This document shows positions 30,054 to 39,437 of a stretch of 64,000 bases of DNA, in pieces. Under the pieces are notes generated by a model. That model saw only the letters and a list, made by a program, of their open reading frames with translations, had not been told where the DNA came from and searched no databases. The first letter of the stretch is position 1, and each line of letters starts with the position of its first letter. Made by a program: the position numbers and the translations under genes. Source of the stretch: Puia sp. (GTDB taxonomy: Bacteria > Bacteroidota > Bacteroidia > Chitinophagales > Chitinophagaceae); the NCBI GenBank assembly GCA_036500545.1, contig DASYBV010000032.1:45721-109720 (forward strand), written 5' to 3'.

Positions 30054-31268
30054 TTAATGATCCTTTAAAAGATTATATACCGTTCGCGCAATCATCTGCT
30101 CCTCATCGGTGGGGATCGCATAGACGCCTGTACGGCCCCCGGGTGCGGAGATGACCCGCTCATTGTTCTTATTCTTCTGTTCGTCCAGCCCGATGCCGAG
30201 ATATTCAAGTCCCCCGCAGATCCGGCTGCGGATCACGGCGGCCCGCTCTCCTATCCCTCCCGTGAACACCAGCGTATCGACACCGCCCAGCACGGCGGAG
30301 AAGGCGCCGATCGTCTTTTTTACCTGGTAACAGAACAAGGCGATGGCCTCGGCGGCTCTTATGTCTTCCTTTTCGCGGGCCAGCAGGTCCTGCATATCGG
30401 AGCTTGTCTCCGAAACGCCCAGCAGCCCGGATCGATGGTTGACAAGGTCATTGAACCCGGCGGCCGTCAGCTGCTCTTTTTGCAGGATATACCAGGCGAC
30501 GCCGGGATCGAGATCGCCGGTCCGCGTACCCATCATGATCCCGCCGGTGGGTGTAAAGCCCATCGTGGTATCGACGCTGCAGCCATTCCTGACGGCAGCC
30601 ATGCTGGCCCCGCTGCCCAGATGAGCGATGATCACGCGGCCATTCGCAATCGCAGCCCCCTCCACACGCGCCAGATCCTCCAGGATATATGCATAGGACA
30701 GCCCATGAAACCCGTATCGTTGAATACCCGATCCATCATAACGACGCGGAATGGGTAAAAGTTTAGCCACCCGGGGCAGACCGGCATGAAAAGCCGTGTC
30801 AAAACAGGCAAACTGGGGCAGGTCCGGACTATGACGCCGGAATAACCGGATAAGCCCGATCTCCCCGGGAAGATGATCGGGGTCATAGTCACGGATGCTT
30901 TGCAGCTCATCCAGCAAACCATCGTCGACCGGCATCGCCTGCCGGTGCTGCATACCATGTACGACCCGGTGACCGATGGCGGCCAGGGGCAGGACATCCT
31001 TTTGCCGCCCAAGCCAGTCGAGCAGGAAAACGGCCGCCTCCTCCGGCCCCGCGGCGTCTGCGGGCAGGCTGCCCTTCCCGTTATTTAGGATATCTGTAAA
31101 CGTTAGTGTTGCCTCCTTCATCCCGATACGGTCGATCTTACCGGACAGTTTTTTTGTCAGTGCGGACGCATTTTCACCGGCACGCGCACCATCCGTTCCG
31201 TATACCGCGAACTTTATGCTGGACGACCCGCCATTAACGGCGAGAATGTTTTTATCTTCCTGGCTCAT
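30054..31268 (-). CDS. ackA: Acetate kinase
   Basis: 404-aa ORF with ILAVNGGSSSIKFAVY, GHRVVHG, FDTAFH and HLGSGASMAAV. It lies 9 nt downstream of xfp. Confidence 0.9.
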   Translation of the reverse strand: MSQEDKNILAVNGGSSSIKFAVYGTDGARAGENASALTKKLSGKIDRIGMKEATLTFTDILNNGKGSLPADAAGPEEAAVFLLDWLGRQKDVLPLAAIGHRVVHGMQHRQAMPVDDGLLDELQSIRDYDPDHLPGEIGLIRLFRRHSPDLPQFACFDTAFHAGLPRVAKLLPIPRRYDGSGIQRYGFHGLSYAYILEDLARVEGAAIANGRVIIAHLGSGASMAAVRNGCSVDTTMGFTPTGGIMMGTRTGDLDPGVAWYILQKEQLTAAGFNDLVNHRSGLLGVSETSSDMQDLLAREKEDIRAAEAIALFCYQVKKTIGAFSAVLGGVDTLVFTGGIGERAAVIRSRICGGLEYLGIGLDEQKNKNNERVISAPGGRTGVYAIPTDEEQMIARTVYNLLKDH

Positions 31269-31326
31269 ATATTTAATTAAAGTTAACTATCTTGGAGGCT
31301 TGTTTTGAAGTTAACGAATTGATAAT

Positions 31327-32652
31327 ATGAAAAAGATAATTGCGATCGCCTGCATGGCCATAAGTATTACCGCCTGCCACTCCAAAAACGATTATGACCA
31401 GCTCTTCAAAGACCCAAAACTTTATTGCGATGCCGTCCATGAACTGAATACCGTCGTCATGGGAAATAATTTCAGCCCCATCGTAGCGTCGAGGAACTAT
31501 TTATATGCCTCCGTTGCGGGGTATGAAGCCATAGCCGCCGGTTATCCCGGGCAATTCAATTCATTGGCAGGGCAATTGCGCGGTTTAGGCCCGGTACCCC
31601 GGCCTGCCGCTGGACAAAAACCTGATTTTGAGCTGGCATCCCTTCTTGCCTTTTGCAAGCTGGGGGAAGCCGTTACCTTTCCGGAAGGCAGCATGCTCAC
31701 CTATGTCGATAGCCTCAAACAGATGGCAACCGATCATGGTATGCCATCGGATATGCTTGCGGCTACCGTTACGTATGCCGATTCCGTTGCCGCCGCCATC
31801 ATGCGCTGGAGCAAAAAGGATCGCTATCTTGAGACAAGGGGCGCGCCCGAATATACGGTCAACGATTCCCCCGGCCGCTGGGTGCCGACCCCGCCCGCTT
31901 ATACACCGGCGATGGAGCCACATTGGAGCGAAATCCGTTATGTCGTCATGGACAGTGTCCGTGAATTCATGCCGCCGCCCCCCTATAAATTCGATGTGAC
32001 GGACAAGAACAGCCCCTACTACAAGGAGGTCAAAAAAATCCAGGCCACCGTCGACAGCCTCACTCCCGAACAGGCCTTTATCGCGGATTTCTGGGATGAT
32101 AACCCCTTCAAGCTAAACGTCTCCGGGCACCTGATGTTCGGTACAAAAAAATTCTCCCCCGCGGGACATTGGATGGGGATCGTTGGCATCGCCGCGCAAA
32201 AGTCGGGTGCCGATTTCCCCACTACGGCCTCCGCCTATGCCAAGACGGCCATCGCCCTGTTCGACTCCTTTATTCAATGCTGGAATATCAAGTACTTCTA
32301 TAACACCTTGCGGCCGGAGACGGCCATCGACAAATATTTCGATGCCAACTGGCGCCCTCATCTGCAGACGCCTCCATTCCCCGAATATACCTGCGGCCAT
32401 TGCACGATCTCCGCTTCTGCCGCCGAGGCATTAACAAGCGTTTTTGGGGATCATCTCGCCTATACCGATACGACCGAACTGGAGTTCGGGATCAACCGCC
32501 GTTCGTATCATTCATTCCGGGAAGCGGCCGACGAGACCGAAAAGTCGCGTTTTTATGGTGGCATCCATTACCAGTATTCCTGTGCCGTCAGCCACAAGAT
32601 GGGCACCGAGATCGGGATGCTGGTGGCCGATCGGGTGAAGATGAAGAAATGA
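31327..32652 (+). CDS. PAP2-superfamily / vanadium haloperoxidase-like lipoprotein
   Basis: 441-aa ORF with lipobox ITACHS. It has a PAP2-like motif series YNTLRPE, TCGHCT and SRFYGGIHYQYS, with the last Asp not obvious. Confidence 0.55.
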   Translation: MKKIIAIACMAISITACHSKNDYDQLFKDPKLYCDAVHELNTVVMGNNFSPIVASRNYLYASVAGYEAIAAGYPGQFNSLAGQLRGLGPVPRPAAGQKPDFELASLLAFCKLGEAVTFPEGSMLTYVDSLKQMATDHGMPSDMLAATVTYADSVAAAIMRWSKKDRYLETRGAPEYTVNDSPGRWVPTPPAYTPAMEPHWSEIRYVVMDSVREFMPPPPYKFDVTDKNSPYYKEVKKIQATVDSLTPEQAFIADFWDDNPFKLNVSGHLMFGTKKFSPAGHWMGIVGIAAQKSGADFPTTASAYAKTAIALFDSFIQCWNIKYFYNTLRPETAIDKYFDANWRPHLQTPPFPEYTCGHCTISASAAEALTSVFGDHLAYTDTTELEFGINRRSYHSFREAADETEKSRFYGGIHYQYSCAVSHKMGTEIGMLVADRVKMKK

Positions 32653-32736
32653 CGTCCCGGATAAAAAAGATCGGAATTATTTGAATTTTGTAATTATCCG
32701 TTTGAATGGGGTAATACGGATAACGATCCGCTGTCC

Positions 32737-32744
32737 TAATTTTG
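32737..32744 (+). promoter_or_regulatory. Bacteroidota -7 promoter box TAATTTTG
   Basis: Exact match to TAnnTTTG, ending 16 nt upstream of the ATG at 32761. Confidence 0.4.
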
Positions 32745-32760
32745 TGCCAAATAAACTACC

Positions 32761-33546
32761 ATGGACAATCAAGAAGTATGGTTGGTGACGGGCGCAATCG
32801 AAGGTTTGGGACGTATCCTGGTTAAACAATTATTGAAGAAGGGCCGGAAAGTGGCCGCCATCGCAGGGTCCCTCCCTGTGCTTACGGAGACGTTTGGTGA
32901 ACAGCAGCCCGGTTTCCTTCCCCTGGCGGTAGACCTTACGTCTTCTGTCGGCGTGGAGGACGCCGTCGACAGGGTGATCGCCTATTTCGGAAAAATAGAC
33001 AGGGTGGTCAACAATGCCGGATATGGTCTGACCGGAAGCCTGGAAGAGCTGACCGACCAGGAAGTGCGTAATAACTTCGACAGCAACGTATTTGGCACCC
33101 TGAACGTCATCCGGGCGGTGATGCTGTATCTTCGGGAGCAAGGATCCGGGCACATTTTCAATATTTCCGCGGTCGGGGAGGCTTATGACAACTTACCGGG
33201 TCTGGGGATCCATTATGCGACGACGCTGGCCGTACAGGGTCTTACCGGATCGCTGGCCGCCGAGGTAAAACAATTTGGCATTGGCGTAACTACCGTCTCT
33301 ACCGGTTATTTCAACGGACTGAATACACCCCGGAAAAAGATGGCCGCATACCGCAACGCCCGGTATCCCGACGGCATCGATGAGGAGCAGGATGTCCATG
33401 CCGAAAAGATCGCGGACGACATTATCCGGACAGCCGGGAGTCCCGATGCGCCCTTGTGTCTGCACGATCCATACCGTTTGAATACCGTAACTTTACAACA
33501 TGGCAACCACAGAAACGCTAAAGGATTTTTACCAGCAGGCGTTTAA
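32761..33546 (+). CDS. Atypical SDR-family protein (catalytic Lys replaced)
   Basis: 261-aa ORF with VTGAIEGLG, NNAGYG and NISAVG...HYATTLAV. The YxxxK motif reads Y-A-T-T-L (codon ctg). Confidence 0.65.
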   Translation: MDNQEVWLVTGAIEGLGRILVKQLLKKGRKVAAIAGSLPVLTETFGEQQPGFLPLAVDLTSSVGVEDAVDRVIAYFGKIDRVVNNAGYGLTGSLEELTDQEVRNNFDSNVFGTLNVIRAVMLYLREQGSGHIFNISAVGEAYDNLPGLGIHYATTLAVQGLTGSLAAEVKQFGIGVTTVSTGYFNGLNTPRKKMAAYRNARYPDGIDEEQDVHAEKIADDIIRTAGSPDAPLCLHDPYRLNTVTLQHGNHRNAKGFLPAGV

Positions 33547-34402
33547 CTGGCTGCCCGACAATCTCAGCCGGGACATTGGCCATTTTAACGTATTCCGTCG
33601 CGAAGATTTCGCGCACAGGAGTGAAGTCCCCATAAAATATACGCGCAGGGATTTTTATAAGATCAGTCTTATAAGAGGCCGCTACATTTTTCATTATGCG
33701 GATAAAAGCATCCCGATCGACGGTAGTACCCTCATTTTTCTAAACCCTATCATTCCCTATACCTTCGAATCCCTGTCAGACGATAAAACAGGCTTCTTCT
33801 GCGTCTTCTCGGAAGGGTTCTTTTCTGAAAAGCTCCGGGATAATATAAAGGACCTGCCGATGTATATTCCCGGGGGCAGGCTTTTCTACGCTCTTAACCG
33901 GTCCGAGGATGAATACGTCAGCCAGGTGTTTGAAAGGATGCTGACGGAGATCCGCTCCGATTACCGGTATAAGTACGACCTGCTACGAAACTATACCACC
34001 GAACTGATCCACTATGCCCTAAAGGTAGAACCATCGGAGACCATCTATCAGCATCCGGATGCCAATTCGCGTATCACGGCTGTTTTTACGGAATTGCTGG
34101 AGCAACAATTCCCTATTGAATCCGTTTCACAACGGTTTGTACTGCGATCGGCAAAGGATTTCGCCCAACAGCTTTCGATCCATGTAAATCACCTCAACCG
34201 GGCCATCCGTCTGACTACCGGCAAGACCACGACGGAACATATCTGCGAACGGCTGACCAGCGAGGCAAAGGCACTGCTAAAACACACCAACTGGAATATC
34301 GCCGAGATCAGTCACACGCTCGGCTTTGAGCACCCGGCGCATTTCAATAATTTCTTTAAGAAACAGACCAGCGTAACGCCGTCGGCGTATAGAGTTACTT
34401 GA
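33500..34402 (+). CDS. AraC family transcriptional regulator
   Basis: 300-aa ORF. It has an N-terminal cupin-like part with GHFNVFRRED and a C-terminal double HTH (SIHVNHLNRAIRLTTGKTTTEHI...GFEHPAHFNNFFKKQT). Confidence 0.85.
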   Translation: MATTETLKDFYQQAFNWLPDNLSRDIGHFNVFRREDFAHRSEVPIKYTRRDFYKISLIRGRYIFHYADKSIPIDGSTLIFLNPIIPYTFESLSDDKTGFFCVFSEGFFSEKLRDNIKDLPMYIPGGRLFYALNRSEDEYVSQVFERMLTEIRSDYRYKYDLLRNYTTELIHYALKVEPSETIYQHPDANSRITAVFTELLEQQFPIESVSQRFVLRSAKDFAQQLSIHVNHLNRAIRLTTGKTTTEHICERLTSEAKALLKHTNWNIAEISHTLGFEHPAHFNNFFKKQTSVTPSAYRVT

Positions 34403-34503
34403 CCGTCCGGAGGACGGTCGGCCGAAGGCCCGACATTAGACCAGGAGACCGCACAGCGGTCCGTGAGAGGGGCTGCTTTAGCAGCCTATGAAATGCGTGC
34501 AAG

Positions 34504-36267
34504 TCATAGATGAGGGTTCCCCGGCTTAACCGGCGCCTCGAAGGGATTACATCCCCGCACCTTTAACTTCCTCCGGTAGACCTTATCGACACAGGTTATA
34601 TAGAGCTCGTCAAAGGCGGGGCCGCCAAAGGCGCAATTCGATGCCTGGCCTGAAGGCACGGGCAGGATGGCATTCACCCTTCCCAACTGATCAAGCACCT
34701 GGATACCCAAGCGCGTGGTGACATACAAACGCCCTTCCCTGTCGCATTTCAATCCATCGGGCCAGGCATTCTCCTGGTTGTCCGGCGCCTGCAGCCAACC
34801 ATAGTGTTGTTTGTTATACAGCGTGCCATCCGGGCGGATGGAATAGATCCAGATCCAATGCGAGGCCGATTCGGCCACATAAAGCTGGGTCTGATCGGGT
34901 GTAAAGGTCAATCCATTTACAAATTTTAGTCCCGAATCCACCACCATCTTTTCACCCCCCGGACGGATCAGGTAGATCCTGCCCGGTTTGTCCGACTCAT
35001 CGGGTACGGTTACATATACATTCCCGTTCCGCGCCACGAGAAGATCATTCCCCGAAAGCCCTTCCGCCACCACGCTTACCTTCCCATCGGCGCCATATCG
35101 CAGGACCTGGCGGCTTCCTCCCGCCACTTCATACCGGTCCCCGTCGACGCCAAAGCAAGTGCCGCTGGCTCTTTTGGCATTCGTGGATATCACCTGCGGC
35201 CGCCCGTCGGTCCCGACCCGGTAGGTCCTGGAGGCAGGGATGTCCTGGTAAAAAAGATCCCCGGCTGCATTCGCGGCCGTGCCTTCCGTAAAACCATATC
35301 CCTGTCCCACCAATTCCCAGTCCTTGCCGGGGAGCAGGATCTCACTGAGAAATTGGTTTTTTGAATTCCCTTTGTTTACAGGCTGGGGCCAGTCCTTCCA
35401 AAGCCAGCGCATCGCATCCGGGAACAACGAAGTGCCCTGGGCGCCGCTATGTCCTCCTTCTCCCCATACATGTCGTACTTCATATCCCGAAAAGACCAGT
35501 GCCCGTTCCATCGTTTCATTTGCCTTCCACCAGTCGCCGCCATAAATATTCAGATCGTTGGACCCACCCTGGAGAAAGACCCGCAGCGGCCTGGGTTCAT
35601 ATTTGCGGATAAGACCCGGATACCGGTCGCCACCGCGGAGACTGACATAGGTACCGATACAACTAAAGACCCGGGAGAACTCACCCGGACGCTCCCACGC
35701 AGCCGTAAAGGCACAGATGGCCCCGCTGCTGGAACCGCCGATCGCCCGGTCATTTCCCTGCCGTGACAGATGAAGGGCCCTTCCGTCCTTTGCCACATGC
35801 CGCTCGACATCCGGCAGGATCTCATCCAGGAGGAAACGGGCATAGGCGTCTCCCAATCCGTCATATTCAAAGCTGCGGTTGAACCGGTCCAGCGAAGTAG
35901 CGGTATCCGGCGCCGGCACCTTTCCCGGCATGATAAATACGCCAATGGTAACGGGCATTTCCCCTGCGGCAATAAGATTATCGAATACCGCCGGCGCCTT
36001 CCATTGGATGCCATCCTGGTTGATATATACACAGGCCGGCCGGCCGGGACGATACTGGGCCGGGATATAGATCCAGTAATCCCGTACGGTGCCGGGGAAA
36101 ATAGCGGAATGATCAAAACTGCATTTTAACACCTCTCCTTTGGGGATTCCCGGATGCTCCACCGAGGCAGGATCGACGCTATATTTTTCGGCAGGGGGCT
36201 GGGCAAAATTGACCATCGGCAGGAGGAAACCGGTAAGGATACAGGCAACCGTTATTATCTTCTTCAT
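34504..36267 (-). CDS. Secreted fusion of an esterase (alpha/beta hydrolase, putative-esterase family) and an SMP-30/gluconolactonase/LRE-like beta-propeller
   Basis: 587-aa ORF. The N-terminal half has YWIYIPAQYRPGRPACVYINQDG and IGGSSSGAICAF (GxSxG). The C-terminal half has NGLTFTPDQTQLYVAES and PDGLKCDREGRLYVTT. Confidence 0.65.
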   Translation of the reverse strand: MKKIITVACILTGFLLPMVNFAQPPAEKYSVDPASVEHPGIPKGEVLKCSFDHSAIFPGTVRDYWIYIPAQYRPGRPACVYINQDGIQWKAPAVFDNLIAAGEMPVTIGVFIMPGKVPAPDTATSLDRFNRSFEYDGLGDAYARFLLDEILPDVERHVAKDGRALHLSRQGNDRAIGGSSSGAICAFTAAWERPGEFSRVFSCIGTYVSLRGGDRYPGLIRKYEPRPLRVFLQGGSNDLNIYGGDWWKANETMERALVFSGYEVRHVWGEGGHSGAQGTSLFPDAMRWLWKDWPQPVNKGNSKNQFLSEILLPGKDWELVGQGYGFTEGTAANAAGDLFYQDIPASRTYRVGTDGRPQVISTNAKRASGTCFGVDGDRYEVAGGSRQVLRYGADGKVSVVAEGLSGNDLLVARNGNVYVTVPDESDKPGRIYLIRPGGEKMVVDSGLKFVNGLTFTPDQTQLYVAESASHWIWIYSIRPDGTLYNKQHYGWLQAPDNQENAWPDGLKCDREGRLYVTTRLGIQVLDQLGRVNAILPVPSGQASNCAFGGPAFDELYITCVDKVYRRKLKVRGCNPFEAPVKPGNPHL

Positions 36268-36482
36268 CAGGAGTCGTTTGTACGGGGAAGTTACACTTTT
36301 TATGAATGAGCTATTTTTTTATCATATTGTCGTATTTGTCCTACACGACCGCTTATACAATGTCAAGGAAAATATATACGCGTATACACTTAATAAAACA
36401 ACCAACCGGGCGTTATTAATAATAATCCATATTCCAAACACATACGCAGCAATTGCTATATAACGTTACCCATAAAAAGAAA

Positions 36483-37157
36483 ATGAGAAAAGGCCTGGTG
36501 CTCACCTGGCTGGTCTTTCTGCTGGCAGGTGTTGCGCTCTTATTCTGGAGAAGTGAATGGATCTACAGTCTGCCGACTCCCGTGCCGGCCAATTATCATG
36601 ACGTCAGGCTGGGATCGACGATCGACCTGCCGCAAAGGGCCCTGCTTCAACCCGAGGCGGCTTCCGGGCAATCGCAAACGGCGGCGCTAACCCTGTCATT
36701 GGCTGTGGGTGCTCCGGTAATCCGTAGCAAACCTCTTTTTCTGCATTTTTTCAACCCCGACTGTCCCTGTTCCCGTTTTAATATGCCCCATTTCCGTTCG
36801 CTGGTACAGCGATATGGGAACCGGGTCGATTTTGCGATCGTACTGATGACCGATAAAAAATTTACCGCCGATCAGATCCGGGAAAGGCTCAAACTTCCCT
36901 ATCCGATCCCCGTTTTGACGGACTCTTCGGTTGCCGCCGCGTGTGGGGTCTATTCCACCCCGCAGGCAGTGATCCTGGATACGCGGGACCGGTTGTACTA
37001 CCGGGGCAACTATAATCGTACCCGTTACTGTACCGATGAAAAAAGCAGCTATGCGCGCATGGCGCTGGACGGGCTGCTGCAAAATAATTATACACAAACT
37101 TTTCCTTCTATGGCCCTCAAGGCTTATGGATGCCAATTACCTACTTGTAACCGATGA
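36483..37157 (+). CDS. Membrane-anchored thioredoxin-fold (TlpA/redoxin-like) protein with CPC motif
   Basis: Start chosen at [16 protein letters not shown]. It has [20 protein letters not shown] at the position of a thioredoxin CxxC, and [10 protein letters not shown] (cis-Pro region). A 4-nt ATGA overlap links it to the downstream kinase. Confidence 0.55.
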   Translation: MRKGLVLTWLVFLLAGVALLFWRSEWIYSLPTPVPANYHDVRLGSTIDLPQRALLQPEAASGQSQTAALTLSLAVGAPVIRSKPLFLHFFNPDCPCSRFNMPHFRSLVQRYGNRVDFAIVLMTDKKFTADQIRERLKLPYPIPVLTDSSVAAACGVYSTPQAVILDTRDRLYYRGNYNRTRYCTDEKSSYARMALDGLLQNNYTQTFPSMALKAYGCQLPTCNR

Positions 37158-39409
37158 AGGGAACGCTACCTAACCCATTAACCGACACCAGCCTGCAGGC
37201 CCAGACCGATCATTTCCGTCTGCAGGTAAAGCAGCGGTCCGACAGGCTCATGCATTATTTCCTGATCGGTTTTTTTCTCACGGGTCTTATACTGGCTTTC
37301 TTTTTCGATACCTGGCCGATTGCCCTGGGTGTAGGGGGTATCTCCCTGATCGCCTACTATTCGGTTAAATTTGCGTTGCCCGATTCCGATCTTTATCAAT
37401 ATGTGCTGAGCGCGGTGATCGCGATCTTCATGGCCCAATATATCTACCAGATGCATGGCTTGTTCGAGATGCATTTTTTTGCCTTTATCGGGGGCACCAT
37501 CCTGATCACCTACCAGAACTGGAAACTACAGATCCCGATATTGATCATCGTCATCCTTCACCATTCGGTTTTCAATTACCTCCAGTACATGGGCAATGAT
37601 CACATTTACTTCACCCGCCTGGATTATCTCGACTGGCAAACCTTTGCCATTCATATTATCCTGACCGCCGTGATCTTTTTCATCTGCGGACTATGGGCAT
37701 ACCAATTGAATAAATCGGGTGAGGTACAGATCAGCCAGACGGTACAGATGGCGATCCTTCATAAGGAGGCGATCGTGCTGCAGGAGCGCAAACGAAACGC
37801 AGATGCGCTGGAGAAGGCATGGCTCAATGCAGAACGCGCCCGCAGGGAGGCCGAACGCGCCAACCAGGCCAAAAGCATTTTTCTTGCGACGATGAGCCAT
37901 GAGATCCGTACGCCGATGAACGGGGTGATCGGGATGTCCGCCCTGTTGGGCGAAACGCCCCTTACGGACCAGCAAAAGATCTACACCGAGACGATCACCT
38001 CCTGCGGGGAAAGCCTGCTGAATGTCATCAACGATATCCTTGATTTCTCAAAGATCGAATCGGGCGGAATGGAACTGGAGGAGGAAGATTTCAACCTGCA
38101 GAATTGTATCGAACATATACTGGACCTGTTTGGCGCCCGGGCGGCCCAGACAGGCATCGAGCTGCTGTACCAGGTGGACCGCGAAGTGCCCCAGCATATC
38201 CGCGGAGATGACCTGCGTCTCCGGCAGATCCTTACCAACCTCGTCGGCAATGCGATGAAGTTCACCGAACAGGGAGAGATCTTTATCCGGGTCCGGTTGC
38301 TGGAAAATTTCCCGGGAGGCGCTCTCCGGTTAGGCTTTGAGGTAAGAGACACGGGCATCGGCATTCCGCCGGACAAGCTGGAGCGGCTCTTCAAGGCTTT
38401 TTCCCAGGTGGATTCCTCCACGACCCGCAAATACGGAGGTACGGGGCTTGGGCTGGCCATTTCGGAGAAGCTGGTGAAGCTGATGGGAGGCGATATCACC
38501 GTGACGAGCGAACCGGGCAACGGATCGGTTTTTTCCTTTACCGTTATCACCCGGGCAGGCGCCGATGTACAACAGCCGCATACAAACAACGGGTTGTCGG
38601 AATATGCCGGCAAAAAGGTGCTGATCGTTGACGACAACCTTACCAACCGGACGATCCTGAAAAGCCAGCTGGAATACTGGAAGCTGGTGCCGGTACTGGC
38701 TGCCTCGGGAGTGGAGGCGTTGAATATCCTGGCGGAAGATAATGACTATGACCTGGTCCTAACGGACATGCAAATGCCTTTTATGGATGGTATCCGCCTT
38801 TCGGAATCCATCCGGCAACGATACCCGAAGATGCCGATCATCCTGCTGAGCTCGGTAGGAGATGAATATAAGAAGCACCATCAGAACTTATTCAGCGCCG
38901 TCATGACAAAGCCGCTGAAACAGCAGCTGATGTACCGGTATATCCTCTCGGGGCTCCAGGACCAGGGAAGGACCGGTGGGGAGGGAGACTCCTTCCAGCC
39001 AAAATTACCGGCCGATCTGTCCGAAAAATTCCCGTTGAATATCCTGATAGCGGAAGATAATCTCATCAACCAGCAGGTGATCCTGTTCATCCTGCAGAAG
39101 CTGGGATATACCCCCAGGGTCGTCACCAACGGACAGGAAGCGGTCAACGCCGCCGGCCAGGACCCCTTCGATATTATCTTTATGGACCTGCAGATGCCGG
39201 AGATGGACGGTCTGGAGGCCACCCGCATTATACGCAATGCTCCATTACCGGCCCAACCGGTCATCATCGCACTAACGGCCAATACGATGCAGGGGGATGA
39301 AGAAGAATGCCTGAGTGTGGGGATGGATGATTATATCGGCAAGCCCGTCAACCTGGATGAGCTGGTCGGCAAACTACAAAAATGGGCCTGCCACCGACAG
39401 GCCTCCTGA
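37154..39409 (+). CDS. Hybrid sensor histidine kinase with polytopic His-rich N-terminal domain and two receiver domains
   Basis: 751-aa ORF with about 6 predicted TM helices, then a coiled coil and HisKA ([16 protein letters not shown]). HATPase motifs are [16 protein letters not shown] and [12 protein letters not shown]1 has LIVDDN...[11 protein letters not shown] and REC2 has LIAEDN...[11 protein letters not shown]...GKP. Confidence 0.85.
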   Translation: MKGTLPNPLTDTSLQAQTDHFRLQVKQRSDRLMHYFLIGFFLTGLILAFFFDTWPIALGVGGISLIAYYSVKFALPDSDLYQYVLSAVIAIFMAQYIYQMHGLFEMHFFAFIGGTILITYQNWKLQIPILIIVILHHSVFNYLQYMGNDHIYFTRLDYLDWQTFAIHIILTAVIFFICGLWAYQLNKSGEVQISQTVQMAILHKEAIVLQERKRNADALEKAWLNAERARREAERANQAKSIFLATMSHEIRTPMNGVIGMSALLGETPLTDQQKIYTETITSCGESLLNVINDILDFSKIESGGMELEEEDFNLQNCIEHILDLFGARAAQTGIELLYQVDREVPQHIRGDDLRLRQILTNLVGNAMKFTEQGEIFIRVRLLENFPGGALRLGFEVRDTGIGIPPDKLERLFKAFSQVDSSTTRKYGGTGLGLAISEKLVKLMGGDITVTSEPGNGSVFSFTVITRAGADVQQPHTNNGLSEYAGKKVLIVDDNLTNRTILKSQLEYWKLVPVLAASGVEALNILAEDNDYDLVLTDMQMPFMDGIRLSESIRQRYPKMPIILLSSVGDEYKKHHQNLFSAVMTKPLKQQLMYRYILSGLQDQGRTGGEGDSFQPKLPADLSEKFPLNILIAEDNLINQQVILFILQKLGYTPRVVTNGQEAVNAAGQDPFDIIFMDLQMPEMDGLEATRIIRNAPLPAQPVIIALTANTMQGDEEECLSVGMDDYIGKPVNLDELVGKLQKWACHRQAS

Positions 39410-39437
39410 AACCCTATATTCCTTATATTGCGTCTGA

